Part shown: positions 60,704 through 64,000 of the stretch, one piece after another | Position numbering within the stretch: the stretch's first letter is position 1 | How the letters are laid out: each line of letters begins with the position of its first letter | NCBI GenBank assembly: GCA_041489255.1 | Contig: JBGPQV010000001.1 | Location: 1-64,000, forward strand | Reading direction: 5' to 3' | Source: Thermoplasmata archaeon | Lineage (GTDB): Archaea; Thermoplasmatota; Thermoplasmata; RBG-16-68-12; JAFNFQ01 | DNA: 64,000 nucleotides | Notes under the pieces: model-generated | Told to the model about the DNA's origin: nothing | Databases searched by the model: none | Seen by the model: the letters and a program-made list of their open reading frames with translations, nothing else | Program-made: the position numbers and the translations under genes

Positions 60704-63700
60704 ATGAAACTAGATCGGCATGGAAGAGCGTCGTTCGCCGTTTTGGCGCTCGCAATCCTGCTCCTTGCGAACCTGAGCGTCGTCTACATGCTCCAGGTGC
60801 AGCGGGAAGAAATGGACCTCGCGAATCAGGCGAATGAAGTGCGCATGATGAGAGAGTTCGGTGCATTGGTCCACAGAGAGGTGGAGGTCGCCGCCCACTA
60901 CATCGCGATGGCCACGATAAGGAACGCCACGCAAGACCTCAACAACCAAAGCAGGATCAATGAGCTGTTCTCCGATTCATTCGCTAGCTTCGTCGAGGAA
61001 TCGTTCCCGCGCGAGGCAAGGGGATTCACGGTCGCCGTAGACGACTACGGGATCATCGTCGTGACCGAGGCAAAGAGCGTGACGGACGTCGTGAGGACGG
61101 GGACTCTGGCAGAAAACAGCGAGGGGGAAGATTCTCCCGAAGCGATAGAGACGGGTGTGCCCGGCGGTCTGGAGGAAGCCCAGCGGATTTCCTACTATCA
61201 TCTGATTGGGCACCTGAACTACACAATCTCGGACGGCACAACGACTCTCCGCACGAGCGAGGATGTTGCCTCGGAGATCGACTCGCCTTTCCCATTCGTC
61301 AACAGACAACTCCAGCGATTCTCCATTACATCGCAGGGCCCGATGTCGCACTCGGCGCAGGCACTCAGGTACATGCTCACGACCGTTGCGCAGCAGAGGG
61401 TCCTGCTCGGCTACGCTGGCGGCGACTACGGCAGCCCTGGTACCGGGATCACCAACATACTCACCCCGCAGGACGTCGAGATGGCGGTGAATCTCGTGCT
61501 TGTCTTGGAGCAGATCAGGCTCTTCAGATCGGTTGACAGGGATGCTGTCGACAAGTTTGACGAGGCCTACTTCATGGACTACGCTGGCGGCGTCTCATCT
61601 CCGACACTGACCCCGTCCGCAGACAACAGGACACTCCTGAGGCTTCTCGACACTTACTCGGGAAATGGGACGTTGGACCCGGCTGACCTATTTGCGCTGT
61701 TCACCGCGTTGGACCGGGAAGATATCCAGATGAACCGCGTACTCGCTCAAGCCCTCTATGCCATGATTGACCAGTTTTCCCTCAAGTACCTAGACTACCT
61801 AGACTTCCTGCCTTTAGAGTTCATCGCCAACCTTGGCCTGAGCGTCCTCGAGCTCTTGACCGGTGCGCTCGACCAATTCATCGGCTGGCTGACGAATCAT
61901 CAAAAAGAGGCGGACATGGTCCGCGAGTTCGTGAGTAATCTGTTTGGCGACCTTGGCGTCTCGACGTCCATTCTGGGTCCCGCGAGTCTGTCGCTCCCCG
62001 CTCAGACTTTCACCGTGACTGACGAAGGCGGGCAAGAATACAACATCTCGCTGCCAGCCCAGCTCTACTCTGTCCCGTTCAAGACAAGATACCTTCTCGA
62101 AGGGAACAACGCCATTTGGAGCGAATACTTCAATGAGATCTACAAGGACGACCTCAAGGCAGTCCACGCCGGTGTCAGGGACCTCGCAAGGGACATCGCC
62201 AACAGCCTCGCCAGCAAGCTCGACATGATCGGCCTGTTCAATCCAGTTCGGATCAACGGGGCCATTGATCCCCGAGATGATGTAGGGATGCTTGAGTACC
62301 TTTACGGCGCAATCAAGGCTTCCGTCTATGAGGCCATGGAGGGGCTCCGAGGGAATCCGAAGTTCTACCAAGGGCTTGTCGCGAACTTGTGGGGACATGA
62401 GAAGGAGATGATTAGAGGACTCATGGACTATATTGAACTGGAATACGATGCTCTCGCGGACCAAGCATCGAACGTCGAATTCGCCCGCGGGTCGCTCGTC
62501 AACTCGATGATCGGCGTGGCTACATTCGACGGAGTCTATCGCCTCCTCGATGACACTGCGAGGGCACAGCTGGCACAGCACATTACCCAGGCTATTGATG
62601 AGAACGGTTGGGCGCAGGCCGCATATGAGAAAGCGAAGAGCAATGATGTGCAGAGGTTCGAGTCGCTCTACGACAAGGCGATAAACCTCGACACGCCGCC
62701 GGCGAATGGCGGGTTGTACCAGCGGACGATGGAGATGATATCAGGTGCCACCGGCATCCTCACAGAGGCCGGCGATTTCGTGAATGTGTTCCTGGAGGGG
62801 TTGACGAGAAACGAACACATCTCGAACGATAAGATATTGATACCTGCGTACACGCAACCTTTCGAGTTCCGCAATCCGGGACTGTTCGCGAACCGCTCCC
62901 AAGCGGGTTTGAAGGAGGAAGCCCTCGTCGCCGACCAGAGCCCCGACCTGCTGCCCATAACACGACTCACGAGAGTTGGCGGTGAATTGCAGGGGGAACC
63001 GAATCAAGGCGAGCTTTGGGTGGACATAGTCGACCCCATGGATGTCCCGTTGTCAAAAGATTCGCCGAATGTGCATTACACCCAGGTCGACCGAATCTCC
63101 GACCGACCGTTCCAGACCCAGTGGACGATCACGATCAAGGGGTCAGTCGGGATGACCGTATCGACCGAGCGCGCGGTCTATCTCGACCCCGAAGGCCTTG
63201 TCCCGGTCGTCGATCAGCTGGCAGTCCCTCTGAACCTGACATTGATTGTGACGACCTTCAGTGGCTGGCCTCTCGACGGCGTGGCCTATGCCAGTTCGAA
63301 CACGCTCGGCAGTGACCTCTGGGCCAAGATTCAGAGCTTCTTTGAGGGGGTTTGGGACGCTGTCAGTTCCTCTGTTGGGTGGCTACTCGACGGCGCAAAA
63401 TCCCTGCTGGATCAGCTTTCTTCGATAATCGACTACCTGCTCGCCCAAGCCTCGAAAGTCCTCAAAATGGTTTACGACGTCATCGACAAGGTTTTCGACT
63501 TACTACAGAAGGCGCTGCAAGGCGTCATTTCTCATCTTATGGAGGCGCTGGACTACGTCCTGAAATCGCTGCCCAGTTTCGAGTTCAAACTCTCTGGGTT
63601 CGGCCTCACTCTTCGCATCGCCGTTAACTGCGATGAAGCGAACAGGCTGCTGGTCGAAGCTACCCTCGGTTCGTTCAACATCACCGCAAGGTTCGTCAAT

Positions 63701-64000
63701 CTCGAAAAAGCGGGGATAACCCCGCGCCAGAAGTGGGCATCGTGGGACATCCTCGCTGACGTCGAGGGTGCGGTAGGCCCGTTCACCCTGAAAGCCAGAA
63801 TCGACCCGCTGATGATCGTCAGCGACCGCCTTGTGAGGGCGAGAGCCCGGTGGGGAGAGACATTCGAACTGGACCTCGTCATGCCGGAGGTGGAAACCTA
63901 TCACGCGTATGGCTTCAGTGTGGCGATACCGATCCCGGTGCCGCCGATCGGGGAAGTGGAAATCGAGCTGGGTTTCCGCGTCAGGGCATCTGAACAATTC
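60704..64000 (+). CDS. Large (>1099 aa) protein with class III (pilin-like) signal peptide, truncated by window end
   Basis: ATG 60704 MKLDRHG-RASFAVLALAILLLANLSVVYM; frame open at all points checked to 64000; absent from the ORF track because it has no stop. Confidence 0.85.
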   Translation, partial: MKLDRHGRASFAVLALAILLLANLSVVYMLQVQREEMDLANQANEVRMMREFGALVHREVEVAAHYIAMATIRNATQDLNNQSRINELFSDSFASFVEESFPREARGFTVAVDDYGIIVVTEAKSVTDVVRTGTLAENSEGEDSPEAIETGVPGGLEEAQRISYYHLIGHLNYTISDGTTTLRTSEDVASEIDSPFPFVNRQLQRFSITSQGPMSHSAQALRYMLTTVAQQRVLLGYAGGDYGSPGTGITNILTPQDVEMAVNLVLVLEQIRLFRSVDRDAVDKFDEAYFMDYAGGVSSPTLTPSADNRTLLRLLDTYSGNGTLDPADLFALFTALDREDIQMNRVLAQALYAMIDQFSLKYLDYLDFLPLEFIANLGLSVLELLTGALDQFIGWLTNHQKEADMVREFVSNLFGDLGVSTSILGPASLSLPAQTFTVTDEGGQEYNISLPAQLYSVPFKTRYLLEGNNAIWSEYFNEIYKDDLKAVHAGVRDLARDIANSLASKLDMIGLFNPVRINGAIDPRDDVGMLEYLYGAIKASVYEAMEGLRGNPKFYQGLVANLWGHEKEMIRGLMDYIELEYDALADQASNVEFARGSLVNSMIGVATFDGVYRLLDDTARAQLAQHITQAIDENGWAQAAYEKAKSNDVQRFESLYDKAINLDTPPANGGLYQRTMEMISGATGILTEAGDFVNVFLEGLTRNEHISNDKILIPAYTQPFEFRNPGLFANRSQAGLKEEALVADQSPDLLPITRLTRVGGELQGEPNQGELWVDIVDPMDVPLSKDSPNVHYTQVDRISDRPFQTQWTITIKGSVGMTVSTERAVYLDPEGLVPVVDQLAVPLNLTLIVTTFSGWPLDGVAYASSNTLGSDLWAKIQSFFEGVWDAVSSSVGWLLDGAKSLLDQLSSIIDYLLAQASKVLKMVYDVIDKVFDLLQKALQGVISHLMEALDYVLKSLPSFEFKLSGFGLTLRIAVNCDEANRLLVEATLGSFNITARFVNLEKAGITPRQKWASWDILADVEGAVGPFTLKARIDPLMIVSDRLVRARARWGETFELDLVMPEVETYHAYGFSVAIPIPVPPIGEVEIELGFRVRASEQF

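Overview
GC-rich archaeal chromosome segment. Gene content points to Thermoplasmata (inference): fused rpoB, N-terminally extended rpoA2, archaeal MAT, ArcS, EF-1beta and SBBP/PKD surface proteins. Most of it is housekeeping: rnz, mat, panE, arcS, sdhACDB, mvk, hutI, rsmA, rpoH-B-A1-A2-L30e-nusA, plus two large beta-propeller surface proteins, TPR/STAND/small-GTPase proteins, one VapBC pair and four tRNAs. The standout is a tRNA-Lys(UUU) gene at 59704-59878 (-) with three BHB-type introns (20/21, 37/38, 59/60), directly upstream of the RNA polymerase operon. Other leads: tandem intron-containing tRNA-Phe and tRNA-Tyr; an SNF2 helicase plus Cys-rich partner after nusA, the partner with an apparent CTG start; an in-frame TAG in a radical SAM gene; a 30-aa acidic Cys micropeptide with a strong terminator; and a >1099-aa pilin-signal ORF missing from the ORF track. 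Several odd single-base changes at conserved RNAP residues suggest consensus errors, so single-codon anomalies need read-level checking. All calls are from motif recognition by eye; no searches were run.
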